Of a stretch of DNA of 64,000 nucleotides, positions 48,732 through 58,002 are shown piece by piece. Position 1 is the stretch's first letter. The number at the start of each line of letters is the position of its first letter. A program made the position numbers and the translations under genes. The notes under the pieces are model-generated. The model was not told where the DNA came from, ran no database searches, and was given only the letters and a program-made list of their open reading frames with translations. Location of the stretch: assembly GCA_964640635.1 (NCBI GenBank), contig CAZXFD010000004.1, positions 9,262 through 73,261 on the forward strand, written 5' to 3'. This DNA comes from an uncultured Gammaproteobacteria bacterium. GTDB lineage: Bacteria; Patescibacteriota; Patescibacteriia; UBA1558; S5-K13.

Positions 48732-50435
48732 TCATCCGTGTTTTATAGAGCATTTTGACTTGTCACTATATGTTGTATGAAGAAGTTTGTGAGAGAGTTT
48801 GTTAGATGGAGAGCCAAGAAATTCTTTATATAATTTTTGTATTTGCGGATTATTATGTGATTGTCTAAATTTTAGAGATTTTTCGTGTTTATATATAGCA
48901 GAGATTCTTTTTTTGATTGTCTCACTTGTAGTTGTTTTTGGTTGTCCTCCTCCACCAATGCATCCAGATGGACATGCCATTATTTCAATAAAATCGTATT
49001 TATTTTTATTTATTTTGAGTTCCTCTAATACTGTTCGAGCATTTTTTAGGGTATGGATTATTCCTAGATGTAGAACTGTATTTCCTATTTTTACTTTTGT
49101 TGATTTTATGCCACTACTACCTCTAGCCTCAACAAATTCTATGTTTTTTAGCTCCTTGTTTGTAAGCAAGAAGTGCGCAGTTCTAATAGCAGACTCCATT
49201 ACTCCTCCACTTGCAGCAAATATAGCACCAGCACCAGTTGATTCTCCTAGTGGATTGTCGAATTTTTCGTCTTTTAGGTTTGCAAAATCAATTTTAAAAT
49301 TTGTAATTAATTTTGCACACTCTCTTATTGTTAAGACATAGTCAACATCTTTATTGTTGTTTACCCCCATTTCTTTTCTACAGGACTCATATTTTTTTGC
49401 AGTGCAGGGCATAATGCTTACGACAACTATATTTTTTGGGTCAATTCCCTTTGTTTTGGTAAAGTAACTTTTTATAATAGCTCCAAGCATTTGATGTGGA
49501 GATTTGCAAGTGGAAACGTTTTTTAGAAATTCTGGATAAAATGTTTCTACAAAATTTACCCAACCAGGACAACACGATGTAATAAGTGGAAGATTCTTTT
49601 TCCTCTTTAATCTCTCAACAAGCTCTGTTGCTTCTTCCATTATTGTAAGATCTGCACCAAAATCAGTATCAAAAACTTTTTTAAAACCAATTTTACGAAG
49701 TGCTCCCACCATTTTTCCTGTCACAATAGTTCCCGCTGGAAGACCAAATTCTTCGCCAAGAGAAACTCTTACGCTAGGCGCTGTTTGAACAACGACGTAT
49801 TTTGACTTATCTTTTAATATTTTTTTTATATCTTCTATGTTTTCTTTTTCTCTTATTGCATTTGTTGGGCAGACGAGTGTACATTGTCCACAACCCACAC
49901 AATCTGTGTATGCTAGTTTTTTATCTAATGCTTTTCCTACCCTTGTTGCATTTGCACGTTTGCTATAACTGATTGCATTTACTGTTTGAAGATTTCGACA
50001 TTTTTGTATACACCTTCCGCATTGTATACATTTTTCAAAATCCATTACTATATCATGACAAGAATTGTCTATTTCTTCACTTTTTCTTGGTTTGAATTTG
50101 AGTTCTTTGACATCTGGTAAGTCCTCTAATTTTAGCCATTTTTTGAATTCCTCTTCTTTTTCAAAATTACATCCAATAAGCTGAATTATAGATTTTCTGT
50201 ATTCCAAAATTTCTTTTGATGTTGTTACTATATTCATGCCATCTTTTATCTTATTGTTGCAACTTGTTGTGAATTTTCCATTGGCTAAAACAGCGCAAAT
50301 CCCACATCTTCCTTCTGGTATAAGATCTGGATGATAACAAAGGGTTGGAATTTTTATTCCGGATAATTTACAAGCCTCAAGAATTGTGAGCTCTTCTTTG
50401 ATATTGTATGTTTTGTTGTCTATAGTTATTTTCAT
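48732..50435 (-). CDS. hydA: [FeFe]-hydrogenase group A catalytic subunit
   Basis: L1 TSCCPGW, L2 MPCTAKKYE, L3 EIMACPSGCIGGGGQP; N-terminal [2Fe-2S] and 2x[4Fe-4S] motifs. Confidence 0.95.
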   Translation of the reverse strand: MKITIDNKTYNIKEELTILEACKLSGIKIPTLCYHPDLIPEGRCGICAVLANGKFTTSCNNKIKDGMNIVTTSKEILEYRKSIIQLIGCNFEKEEEFKKWLKLEDLPDVKELKFKPRKSEEIDNSCHDIVMDFEKCIQCGRCIQKCRNLQTVNAISYSKRANATRVGKALDKKLAYTDCVGCGQCTLVCPTNAIREKENIEDIKKILKDKSKYVVVQTAPSVRVSLGEEFGLPAGTIVTGKMVGALRKIGFKKVFDTDFGADLTIMEEATELVERLKRKKNLPLITSCCPGWVNFVETFYPEFLKNVSTCKSPHQMLGAIIKSYFTKTKGIDPKNIVVVSIMPCTAKKYESCRKEMGVNNNKDVDYVLTIRECAKLITNFKIDFANLKDEKFDNPLGESTGAGAIFAASGGVMESAIRTAHFLLTNKELKNIEFVEARGSSGIKSTKVKIGNTVLHLGIIHTLKNARTVLEELKINKNKYDFIEIMACPSGCIGGGGQPKTTTSETIKKRISAIYKHEKSLKFRQSHNNPQIQKLYKEFLGSPSNKLSHKLLHTTYSDKSKCSIKHG

Positions 50436-50454
50436 GGGTTGGTGATTAGCGAGA

Positions 50455-51531
50455 TTAGGAAACTAGGTTATTAAATTCATTTTTAAAATATTTAAGCGCT
50501 GTTTGAAGGTGTAGTGTTGATGATTCACCTAGCGCACATTGTGAGCCATATGGAATGTGTAATGACAAATTTTTTATTATTTCAAACTCTTCTTTTTTCC
50601 ACTTTCTTTTTAAAATTACTTGAAATAATTGTAGTAATCTAAAATTTCCCTCTCGACATGGGATACATTTTCCACAATTTTCTTCATTGAAAAATTGTAT
50701 AATAGACCTACATATATCTGGAATGCTTTTTGATTTGTCTACTACTATTATTCCTGTTTCAAAAAATCCACCCATTTTACTTATATTTTCATAAGAAAGA
50801 GAAATATTTTTGTCTGTTTTAATACATCCACCAGATGCGCCAAAAAATATTGCTTTTGAATTATATGATTCCACAAGAGACAAAAGTTCAAATAATTTTA
50901 TTCCTTCTTTTAATTCATAAACCCCAGGTTTTTTTACATCTCCAGATATTGAAAATAGTAATAAATCTTTATCAAAATTATTAGAAAATATTAGAGGAAT
51001 CCTTGCTATTGTTTCTAGATTATTTACAACTGTCTTTTTTCCGAATAGCCCAAATTCAGATGGATATGGGGGTTTTTTTCTTGACTCGGGACGAATTCCT
51101 TCTAAGCTATTTAAAATTGCCGTTTCTTCTCCACAAATATAGCTTCCAGCACCTACTATGACAGAAATATTTAATTTTGTTTTTTTGATAATCTTTTCAA
51201 GAGACTCTTTGTATTCTTTATATTCTTCTCGAAGATAAATATATGTAATTTTTGCGCTAGTTGCACGCATTGCGATAGCGATTCCTTCGATAATAAGTTC
51301 TGGATTTTTTTCTAATATAAATTTGTCTTTGAATCTTCCTGGTTCGCTTTCATCGCTATTTATTATTAGGTATTGTGCGGGATATGAAAGTTCCCATTTT
51401 TTTCCAGTTGAAAAATTTGCACCTCCCCTACCTTTAAGACCAGAGTCAATAACTTTTTTTATTATATCTTTTGGTTTTAAATTTTGTGCTATTTTCCAGG
51501 AATTGAAATTGTTTTTTGTAAGTATTTGCAT
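50455..51531 (-). CDS. hydB: NuoF-like FMN/NAD(H)-binding subunit (minimal HydB)
   Basis: GRGGANFSTG, NSDESEPG, YICGEETA, CGKCIPCREG..C. Confidence 0.9.
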   Translation of the reverse strand: MQILTKNNFNSWKIAQNLKPKDIIKKVIDSGLKGRGGANFSTGKKWELSYPAQYLIINSDESEPGRFKDKFILEKNPELIIEGIAIAMRATSAKITYIYLREEYKEYKESLEKIIKKTKLNISVIVGAGSYICGEETAILNSLEGIRPESRKKPPYPSEFGLFGKKTVVNNLETIARIPLIFSNNFDKDLLLFSISGDVKKPGVYELKEGIKLFELLSLVESYNSKAIFFGASGGCIKTDKNISLSYENISKMGGFFETGIIVVDKSKSIPDICRSIIQFFNEENCGKCIPCREGNFRLLQLFQVILKRKWKKEEFEIIKNLSLHIPYGSQCALGESSTLHLQTALKYFKNEFNNLVS

Positions 51532-51944
51532 TATATTAAGCCTTCTATTTTTAATATATATTTTATTTTTTCCTCTGTAATATTTGTATAAACAGATTGG
51601 TTGATGCTCATAATAGGGCCTTTGTCACACATTCCAATACACTGACACGTTTCAAGTGAGACAAGACTGTTTGATTCCCCTATTTTTATATTCAATAGAT
51701 TGGAAATAAGATTAAGTAATTTTTCATTTTTTTTGGAGTGACATGTAGGGCTTTGACAGAGTTTGATAATTTTTTTTGAAGGTTTTTCTAAATTAAAATT
51801 TGCATAAAAAGAAACAGTGTCATAAATTTCTGCTGGGGATTTTTGAAATTCTTTTGCAAGCATATTTATGTCAGATTCTTTTATGTAAGAGGTTCTGTTT
51901 TGAATTTCTAGTAGTCTCTCTAGTAGTAATTTTTTATTTTCCAT
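51531..51944 (-). CDS. hydC: NuoE-like [2Fe-2S] subunit (HydC)
   Basis: SFY..F, CQSPTC and CIGMC ligand pairs. Confidence 0.9.
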   Translation of the reverse strand: MENKKLLLERLLEIQNRTSYIKESDINMLAKEFQKSPAEIYDTVSFYANFNLEKPSKKIIKLCQSPTCHSKKNEKLLNLISNLLNIKIGESNSLVSLETCQCIGMCDKGPIMSINQSVYTNITEEKIKYILKIEGLI

Positions 51945-52025
51945 TTTTATAATAAGTAATTGAATATATAATAATATATTATAACATTTTTTGTATTATT
52001 TGTTTAGCTTTTATTTAAAAAAAAT

Positions 52026-52054
52026 AAAAAGAGCAGATAATTTGTCTGCTCTCT
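52026..52054. terminator. Terminator after the 52067-52387 gene
   Basis: aaaaagagcaga-taatttg-tctgctct. Confidence 0.65.
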
Positions 52055-52066
52055 TGTAAGTCCTTT

Positions 52067-52387
52067 TTAACAGTGTCCTATAAAGCACATTTTGTATGCT
52101 TTTGGAGTACTTATTTTGATTGTTTTTCCCATTACAATAGATGGATCATCGTAATTCTCAATAAATGCAGAGATATTATTTCCAAGATCTTGATCTAGCA
52201 ATGTGTTAGAGTCAATTTTTACAGATATGGCAAGTCCTAGTCTTTGAATAGAAATCTTCTCGGGTAGAATCTGTAAGGTTGTTGTTAGATGTTCTTTGAG
52301 TTTTTGAACTAACATTTTAAAAAATTCATTTTCGTCATCTTGATTGGGTATGCATTTTGTTGGGAAGTTGATTTTTATATCTGCCAT
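52067..52387 (-). CDS. Hypothetical protein
   Basis: AGGAGG SD, upstream TTGACA, own terminator. Confidence 0.7.
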   Translation of the reverse strand: MADIKINFPTKCIPNQDDENEFFKMLVQKLKEHLTTTLQILPEKISIQRLGLAISVKIDSNTLLDQDLGNNISAFIENYDDPSIVMGKTIKISTPKAYKMCFIGHC

Positions 52388-52455
52388 GTATTCCTCCTAA
52401 GGAACTCTATGTTCTAAAGATTAATAGTTTTTCATTATTTGTCAAGTTTATAGTG

Positions 52456-52484
52456 TTGACATATATAAAATAATATAGTATCAT
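52456..52484 (+). promoter_or_regulatory. Putative sigma70 promoter
   Basis: TTGACA-17-TATCAT; a divergent TTGACA lies at 52440-52445. Confidence 0.6.
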
Positions 52485-52531
52485 TAATTATTCATTTGTG
52501 TGATTAAATTTAAAAAAAATAGGGAGGAATC

Positions 52532-52880
52532 ATGATTATATTAGAAAGAGTGGCTAGCGGATTTAGGTATGTTTTTGTATTAATTAGTATGTGTATGACA
52601 AAACATATGCGGGCCTTAGTTGTTTTGGGGTTGATTATGTTACAAGGGAGTTTTTTAATAGTTGTTGGCAAAAAATCAGCTAAACGTGAAGCTTGTGAAA
52701 ATAATCATAGCAGGACAAGGATTAGGAGTGATTATAAGAATAGGCATCGTTATAATCCTGGTTGGCACTACTTTTTTTAATTCATTGTGGATACGGTTTG
52801 TCGCTTTGATAGGGGATATGTTATTTTTCTCGTAGATAACACATTTGTGTTTTCTGAAATTATTTTTAGAAAAAATTTGA
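52532..52880 (+). pseudogene. Probable disrupted small membrane protein gene
   Basis: GGGAGG SD; hydrophobic reading continues in the +1 frame after ~52665 (VKIIIAGQGLGVIIRIGIVIILVG...) with an internal TAG. Confidence 0.4.
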
Positions 52881-52900
52881 ACTTAAACAGGGAGGAATAA

Positions 52901-53038
52901 ATGAGTGAGCTCACGGAAGCAATTGAAAAATTGGCAAAGATTATAGTTAATGATCCAACAATTGCAGAAGATGATCTTAACCAGATTTTGATTGATCTTG
53001 TAAAAAAAGTAAGAGAGATCAAGCAATCCCAATCGTAA
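52901..53038 (+). CDS. 45-aa helical hypothetical protein (MSELTEAIEKLAKIIVND...)
   Basis: GGGAGG SD 5 nt upstream; hairpin terminator downstream; below the ORF-track cutoff. Confidence 0.7.
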   Translation: MSELTEAIEKLAKIIVNDPTIAEDDLNQILIDLVKKVREIKQSQS

Positions 53039-53065
53039 GATCACAAGAGTGATCGAGTTATGTAG

Positions 53066-53102
53066 TGGTGATACGCATTGAGTATTGCCACTTTTTATTT
53101 TT
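53066..53102 (+). terminator. Intrinsic terminator
   Basis: gtggtgatac-gcattga-gtattgccac-ttttt. Confidence 0.65.
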
Positions 53103-53119
53103 ATAAAAGAACATCCATT

Positions 53120-53233
53120 TAATTCTCGTCGACACTCGGATTAGTTTAGGCACCGCCTCGCGGTCTCGCTTGTTAGCTCGACATCGCTCTGGCGTTCTCA
53201 TCTCGACGCAACGCAAGCAGTTGCGTTGCTCCC
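53120..53233. repeat. GC-rich structured non-coding element downstream of tRNA-Ser
   Basis: GC island in AT-rich DNA; perfect stem gcaacgcaa-gcag-ttgcgttgc (53208-53229). Confidence 0.5.
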
Positions 53234-53300
53234 TAATATATATTTTATATAATTTTCATAGCAAATAAAAAATATCCATTTTTAGTAGATATTCTTAGTG

Positions 53301-53390
53301 TGGCGGAGAGGGCGAGATTCGAACTCGCGAACCACTTGCATGGTTAACAGTTTTCAAGACTGTCGCATTCAACCACTCTGCCACCTCTCC
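53301..53390 (-). tRNA. tRNA-Ser(UGA)
   Basis: GGAGAGG...ACAGT-CTTGAAA-ACTGT, long variable arm, GTTCGAATC, encoded CCA. Confidence 0.97.
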
Positions 53391-53514
53391 GTATTATGTG
53401 GAATAATAGGAAAATATTATCATATTTTTTTGAATGTGTCTATATTTGTATTATTTTATAATAATAAAATTTTTTGATCTTGTAATTAAGACATAAAGAC
53501 AAATATTTCCATGA

Positions 53515-54141
53515 TTATATTATTTTAAACTTTTTCTTTTTCTTTTTGTGTAAAATCAGAACAATTATTGCAATAAAAATAATTATTGACCCAATGGAAA
53601 ATTCCTTGTAATAGGTTTTAAACATTTCTTGATTTGCACCAAAGAAATATCCTAGTAACGCAAGGATTATATTCCAGATTAGTGATCCAAGAGTTGTATA
53701 TAACATAAAGCTCCAAATATTCATTTTTGCAAGTCCCGCAGGAATTGATATGAGCTGTCTTATTTCAAAAACAAGACGACCAATAAATGTTGCCAATTTG
53801 TCATATTTGAGGAAGTACTCCTCGGATTTTTTTATTTTGTGTTCGTTTATAAGAAGTAATTTTGCGATTTTTGTGTTTGCAAGTTTGTAGATGATTGCAC
53901 GACCTAGAGTAAGGGCGAGAAAATAATTTATTAAAGCCCCTAGTAGACTTCCTATTACACCACATATAACTACGAGATAAATATTTAATACTCCTTGTTG
54001 AGCAAGATAAGCGGCTGGTGGGATTACAAGTTCTGATGGAAACGGAATAAAAGAACTCTCTATCGTCATAAGAGCTATAATGCTAGGATAGTTTAGTTGG
54101 GAGAATATTGATAAGAAAAAATGAGTTATTGAAGTGAGCAT
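53515..54141 (-). CDS. DedA family membrane protein
   Basis: ESSFIPFPSE, GRL..RQLISIPAG motifs. Confidence 0.92.
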   Translation of the reverse strand: MLTSITHFFLSIFSQLNYPSIIALMTIESSFIPFPSELVIPPAAYLAQQGVLNIYLVVICGVIGSLLGALINYFLALTLGRAIIYKLANTKIAKLLLINEHKIKKSEEYFLKYDKLATFIGRLVFEIRQLISIPAGLAKMNIWSFMLYTTLGSLIWNIILALLGYFFGANQEMFKTYYKEFSIGSIIIFIAIIVLILHKKKKKKFKII

Positions 54142-54185
54142 GGGTTAATTTATTATTTATTATTTTGCAATTTGCAATTGATTTA

Positions 54186-54911
54186 CTATTTAGTAATTTC
54201 AAAATTTTGTCCCTTAATGTCTTTTGCCTCATCAGATGCGAGAAAAAGAATTTTTTGAGCTATTGTTTTGGGCTCTATTAATTTATGATTTGGCATTATT
54301 TTTAATGTTTCTTCTAGTTCCTTTTTTGGGGCTCTTAGCCAATATCCAGATCTTACAGCGCTAGGACAAATTGAGTTTGCTCTGCCAAATGGAGATAAAA
54401 GTTTTGCATAAGCCTGTGTGATATTTACGACCCCTGCTTTTGCAGCAGAATATGAGATTACATCATATTGGCCATTTAATCCAAAACGGGATGAAATATT
54501 TACAATAATTCCACTTTGTTGCTTTTGGAAAAGCTTTATAGCATATTTTGAAACATTCATCATGGAAAATAGATTTAGATCAAATGTTTTTTTCCAAGCT
54601 TTTGAATTTTCGTTCCAATCATCGCTGTCAAAAGATCCTCCAACATTATTAACTAAAATATCTATTTTACCAAATTTTTTAATTGTTAAATCAACAACTT
54701 TTTGACTTTCTTTTTCTTTGGTTAGGTCAGCTTTTATAGCAATAGCATTTTGTCCTAATTTTTGGATTTGTTGTATTGTATCCTCTGCCCCTTTTTTATT
54801 ATCTTTGTAAGTAATTACAACATCAGCATGATTTTGTGCAAACATAATAGCAGTAACTTTTCCAATACCACTTGATCCGCCGGTTATTAGGACTATTTTG
54901 TTTTTAAACAT
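54186..54911 (-). CDS. SDR family oxidoreductase (FabG-like)
   Basis: TGGSSGIG, NNVG, YSAAK motifs. Confidence 0.9.
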   Translation of the reverse strand: MFKNKIVLITGGSSGIGKVTAIMFAQNHADVVITYKDNKKGAEDTIQQIQKLGQNAIAIKADLTKEKESQKVVDLTIKKFGKIDILVNNVGGSFDSDDWNENSKAWKKTFDLNLFSMMNVSKYAIKLFQKQQSGIIVNISSRFGLNGQYDVISYSAAKAGVVNITQAYAKLLSPFGRANSICPSAVRSGYWLRAPKKELEETLKIMPNHKLIEPKTIAQKILFLASDEAKDIKGQNFEITK

Positions 54912-55019
54912 GCTAGTTTATTTATAATTTACTGTTTTGTTATTTTTTAATTATACAATATAAATACATATAGACAAAATGTTAAAAATGATTTATAATT
55001 GCTAGGAAATCCCTAGTAT

Positions 55020-55094
55020 TGGGTCGTAGCCAAGTGGTAAGGCAACGGGCTTTGACCCCGTCATGCGTAGGTCCGAATCCTACCGACCCAGCCA
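55020..55094 (+). tRNA. tRNA-Gln(UUG)
   Basis: TGGGTCG...ACGGG-CTTTGAC-CCCGT...CGACCCA-GCCA; T-loop TCCGAAT. Confidence 0.93.
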
Positions 55095-55181
55095 TTCGAT
55101 TCTCCCTCGTTAACTCGGGGTCACTCATGGTCTTTGACCGAGCTTATTAAATATTTTAGAATAAACGCTTGGTTAAGTTAT

Positions 55182-55256
55182 GGTCACGTAGCCAAGTGGT
55201 AAGGCAGGAGTCTGCAAAACTCTTATGCGTCGGTTCAATTCCGACCGTGACCTCCA
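55182..55256 (+). tRNA. tRNA-Cys(GCA)
   Basis: GGTCACG...GAGT-CTGCAAA-ACTC...CGTGACC-TCCA; U73 discriminator. Confidence 0.96.
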
Positions 55257-55307
55257 AACACACAGAGCGTGTGTTTTTTGCTTTTTAAATAAAAAAGCAG
55301 ACTATTT

Positions 55308-56252
55308 CTAATCTGCTGAATATATTTTTTGAAAACTGGGAATGAGGAAAAACTCCTCTATAAAACCAATGTGTTCCAACTCCACTTTAAAAGTGAAAAG
55401 AGAAATTGTATGCTCGCTTAAACTTTCACTTAATTCGCAGATTACTACGTTTTCTTCTTTTTCATAATAAGAATTAAACAATAGTAATGCCTGTAAAAAT
55501 TGATAGTGAAAGTGTGTATTTTTCACCTGCATAAAAAAAGAAACTCCGCATTCTGCCGTAAACAACATTTGATTGCTATTTGCAATTTCAATACTCATTT
55601 CTTTGTAAGTCATTTTCTTGAAATTTGTATCATTGAATTTTTCTGAGCCTTTGATTTTGACATGATAAATCCAAAATGGTTTCTTCGGAGTTACTATTTT
55701 ATTGCAAATCATTTCTGGATTTTTACAATATTTAGATATGACCGTTTTGCCATAATGTTTTACATAAAATGCATCACTTTCTTCGGGATCATCCCCCTTG
55801 TAATAATCCTTATTATAGACGTCAAATGACTCACGGAATTGTTTTGCAAAGTATGATGTCTTTTTTATCGTGAATGTGGATTTGTTGCGCTCAGTCAATA
55901 TCTCCATCAACATTTCCATTTGAAGCTCTGCATTTATCATTTCTTTTGGAATGACGGGAAATAAAAGTCTTGCAAGTACTTTTTTTTCTATAGATGTATC
56001 AACAAGATCGTTGATTGCGATTTCCGAACTTTCTTTCAAAGAGTTCATTATTGATGTTTTTAAATCCTCGGATATCTTGTCTTTATTGATTAAAAACATC
56101 AATCCCCTTTCAACTTTTTTGAGCCTACCATCTACATATTCTTCCAGATATTCCCTGTCTAAATAAATGATAGTATTTTCGACTTCTAATGGCTTATTGG
56201 GCTTCTTTTTTAGCCCTAATAATCCGAAAATGTTGTTTATCAGTGCTTTCAT
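55308..56252 (-). CDS. Hypothetical protein
   Basis: 314-aa ORF with GGAGG SD and TTGACA-17-TACTAT promoter (56278-56306). Confidence 0.75.
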   Translation of the reverse strand: MKALINNIFGLLGLKKKPNKPLEVENTIIYLDREYLEEYVDGRLKKVERGLMFLINKDKISEDLKTSIMNSLKESSEIAINDLVDTSIEKKVLARLLFPVIPKEMINAELQMEMLMEILTERNKSTFTIKKTSYFAKQFRESFDVYNKDYYKGDDPEESDAFYVKHYGKTVISKYCKNPEMICNKIVTPKKPFWIYHVKIKGSEKFNDTNFKKMTYKEMSIEIANSNQMLFTAECGVSFFMQVKNTHFHYQFLQALLLFNSYYEKEENVVICELSESLSEHTISLFTFKVELEHIGFIEEFFLIPSFQKIYSAD

Positions 56253-56424
56253 TATTCCTCCAGTATTTTAATGATATATAGTATCATATTATATATGAGA
56301 TGTCAATTAAGTTGTGTAGATGATATTATGCTAAATACTAAATACAAAGTACGAATCTTCTTTTTTTGCTTTTTTTGTTTTATTTAGCTATTATTTATAT
56401 ATAATAAGTTTATTTTAAAATTTT

Positions 56425-57897
56425 ATGAAAGATGACAATAAGAAAATAACAAAAAGAACAGACGATTATTCAAAATGGTATCTGGATGTTATTGAGGCTA
56501 GTGACTTGATAGACGAGTCCCCTGTTCGTGGTTGTATGGTGATAAAACCATATGGATATGCTATTTGGGAAAATATTCAAAAAGTCTTGGATAAGCAGTT
56601 CAAGGACTTGGGAGTGCAAAATGCATACTTTCCTCTTTTTATACCAAAGTCTTTTTTTGAGCGAGAGGCAGAACATGTTGAGGGATTTGCAAAAGAATGT
56701 GCTGTTGTAACCCATCATAGATTGAAATTGGACCCATCTACAAAGAAATTGGTTCCAGACGGTCTTCTTGATGAACCCCTTATAGTTCGTCCAACTTCTG
56801 AGACGATAATGTACGATACTTTTTCAAGATGGATTTCATCTTATAGAGATTTACCACTTATGATAAATCAATGGGCAAATGTAGTTCGCTGGGAGATGAG
56901 AACAAGACCATTTTTAAGATCAATGGAATTTTTGTGGCAAGAAGGTCACACAGCTCATGAGAGTGAAAAAGAGGCAGATGACATGGCTATGAAAATGGTA
57001 AAAGTATATAAGAAATTTGTAGAAGAATATTTGGGTATCGCAGTATTGTCTGGTGTAAAAAGCGAGTCGGAAAAATTTGCAGGTGCAAAATATACATATT
57101 CTATTGAAACAATGACTCAGGACATCAAAGCGCTTCAGTCAGCAACCTCTCACATGTTAGCACAAAACTTCTCGAAGGCTTTTAATGTAAAATTTTTAGA
57201 TAAAGATCAGAAAGAGCAATTTGTCTGGCAAACAAGCTGGGGAATTAGTACTAGGATTATAGGTGCTATGATAATGGCCCACTCAGACGATAATGGTCTT
57301 ATAGTTTCACCAAAGATAGCGCCAATTCAAGTTGTAATAGTTCCTATATGGAAAGACGATAAAGAAAAGAAAGTAGTTTTAAACAAAATAAATAAAATTT
57401 ATAAAGATTTAGAAAAGATTAATGTGTCTGTAAAAATTGATGACAGAGATTTAAGGCCTGGTGCAAGATTCTTTGAATGGGAGAAAAAAGGAGTGCCACT
57501 TCGTATTGAGATAGGACCAAAAGATGTAGAAAATAAATCAGTGATATTTTCAAGAAGAGACACGGGAGAAAAAATCACTATTGATGATAAAAACATTTCT
57601 AAAGAAGTTATAAATGTATTAGATGCAATTCAAAAGAATTTATATGATAGATCCTCAAAGCTTATGGAGAAAAATACTCATATAGTAAATTCATGGCAAG
57701 AATTTCAAGACGTTATTGAGCGTGGTGGATTTGTAAGCGCACACTTCTGTGGAAATAAAAAATGTGAAGACAAAATTCAAACTGCAACAAAAGCAACCTC
57801 AAGATGTTTTTCATTTGATGAAAAAGAAGAGATTGGAAAATGTGTTTATTGTGGAGCAGACTCTAAGAAAAGAGCTGTATTTGCAAAGTCTTATTAG
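56425..57897 (+). CDS. proS: Prolyl-tRNA synthetase (archaeal/eukaryotic type)
   Basis: RPTSET, WEMRTRPFLR, WQEGHT, C-terminal Zn Cys pairs and FAKSY. Confidence 0.96.
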   Translation: MKDDNKKITKRTDDYSKWYLDVIEASDLIDESPVRGCMVIKPYGYAIWENIQKVLDKQFKDLGVQNAYFPLFIPKSFFEREAEHVEGFAKECAVVTHHRLKLDPSTKKLVPDGLLDEPLIVRPTSETIMYDTFSRWISSYRDLPLMINQWANVVRWEMRTRPFLRSMEFLWQEGHTAHESEKEADDMAMKMVKVYKKFVEEYLGIAVLSGVKSESEKFAGAKYTYSIETMTQDIKALQSATSHMLAQNFSKAFNVKFLDKDQKEQFVWQTSWGISTRIIGAMIMAHSDDNGLIVSPKIAPIQVVIVPIWKDDKEKKVVLNKINKIYKDLEKINVSVKIDDRDLRPGARFFEWEKKGVPLRIEIGPKDVENKSVIFSRRDTGEKITIDDKNISKEVINVLDAIQKNLYDRSSKLMEKNTHIVNSWQEFQDVIERGGFVSAHFCGNKKCEDKIQTATKATSRCFSFDEKEEIGKCVYCGADSKKRAVFAKSY

Positions 57898-58002
57898 CCC
57901 CCACCTTTAAAAATATTAAATAAAATAAAACACAGTTTATTATATGAACTGTGTTTTATTGAAATAAAAAAATTATAAATGCACCCTTTTTAAAGGTGGG
58001 GG
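57898..58002. repeat. 105-bp element with perfect 16-bp terminal inverted repeats enclosing a bidirectional terminator
   Basis: cccccacctttaaaaa / tttttaaaggtggggg; internal aataaaacacagtt...aactgtgttttatt. Confidence 0.75.

Noticed and set aside
50455-51944. NuoE/NuoF as respiratory complex I
   Set aside because: No other nuo genes here; both are coupled to hydA
52777-53022. 81-aa minus-strand ORF
   Set aside because: Largely antisense to the SD-led 52901-53038 ORF, which has better signals
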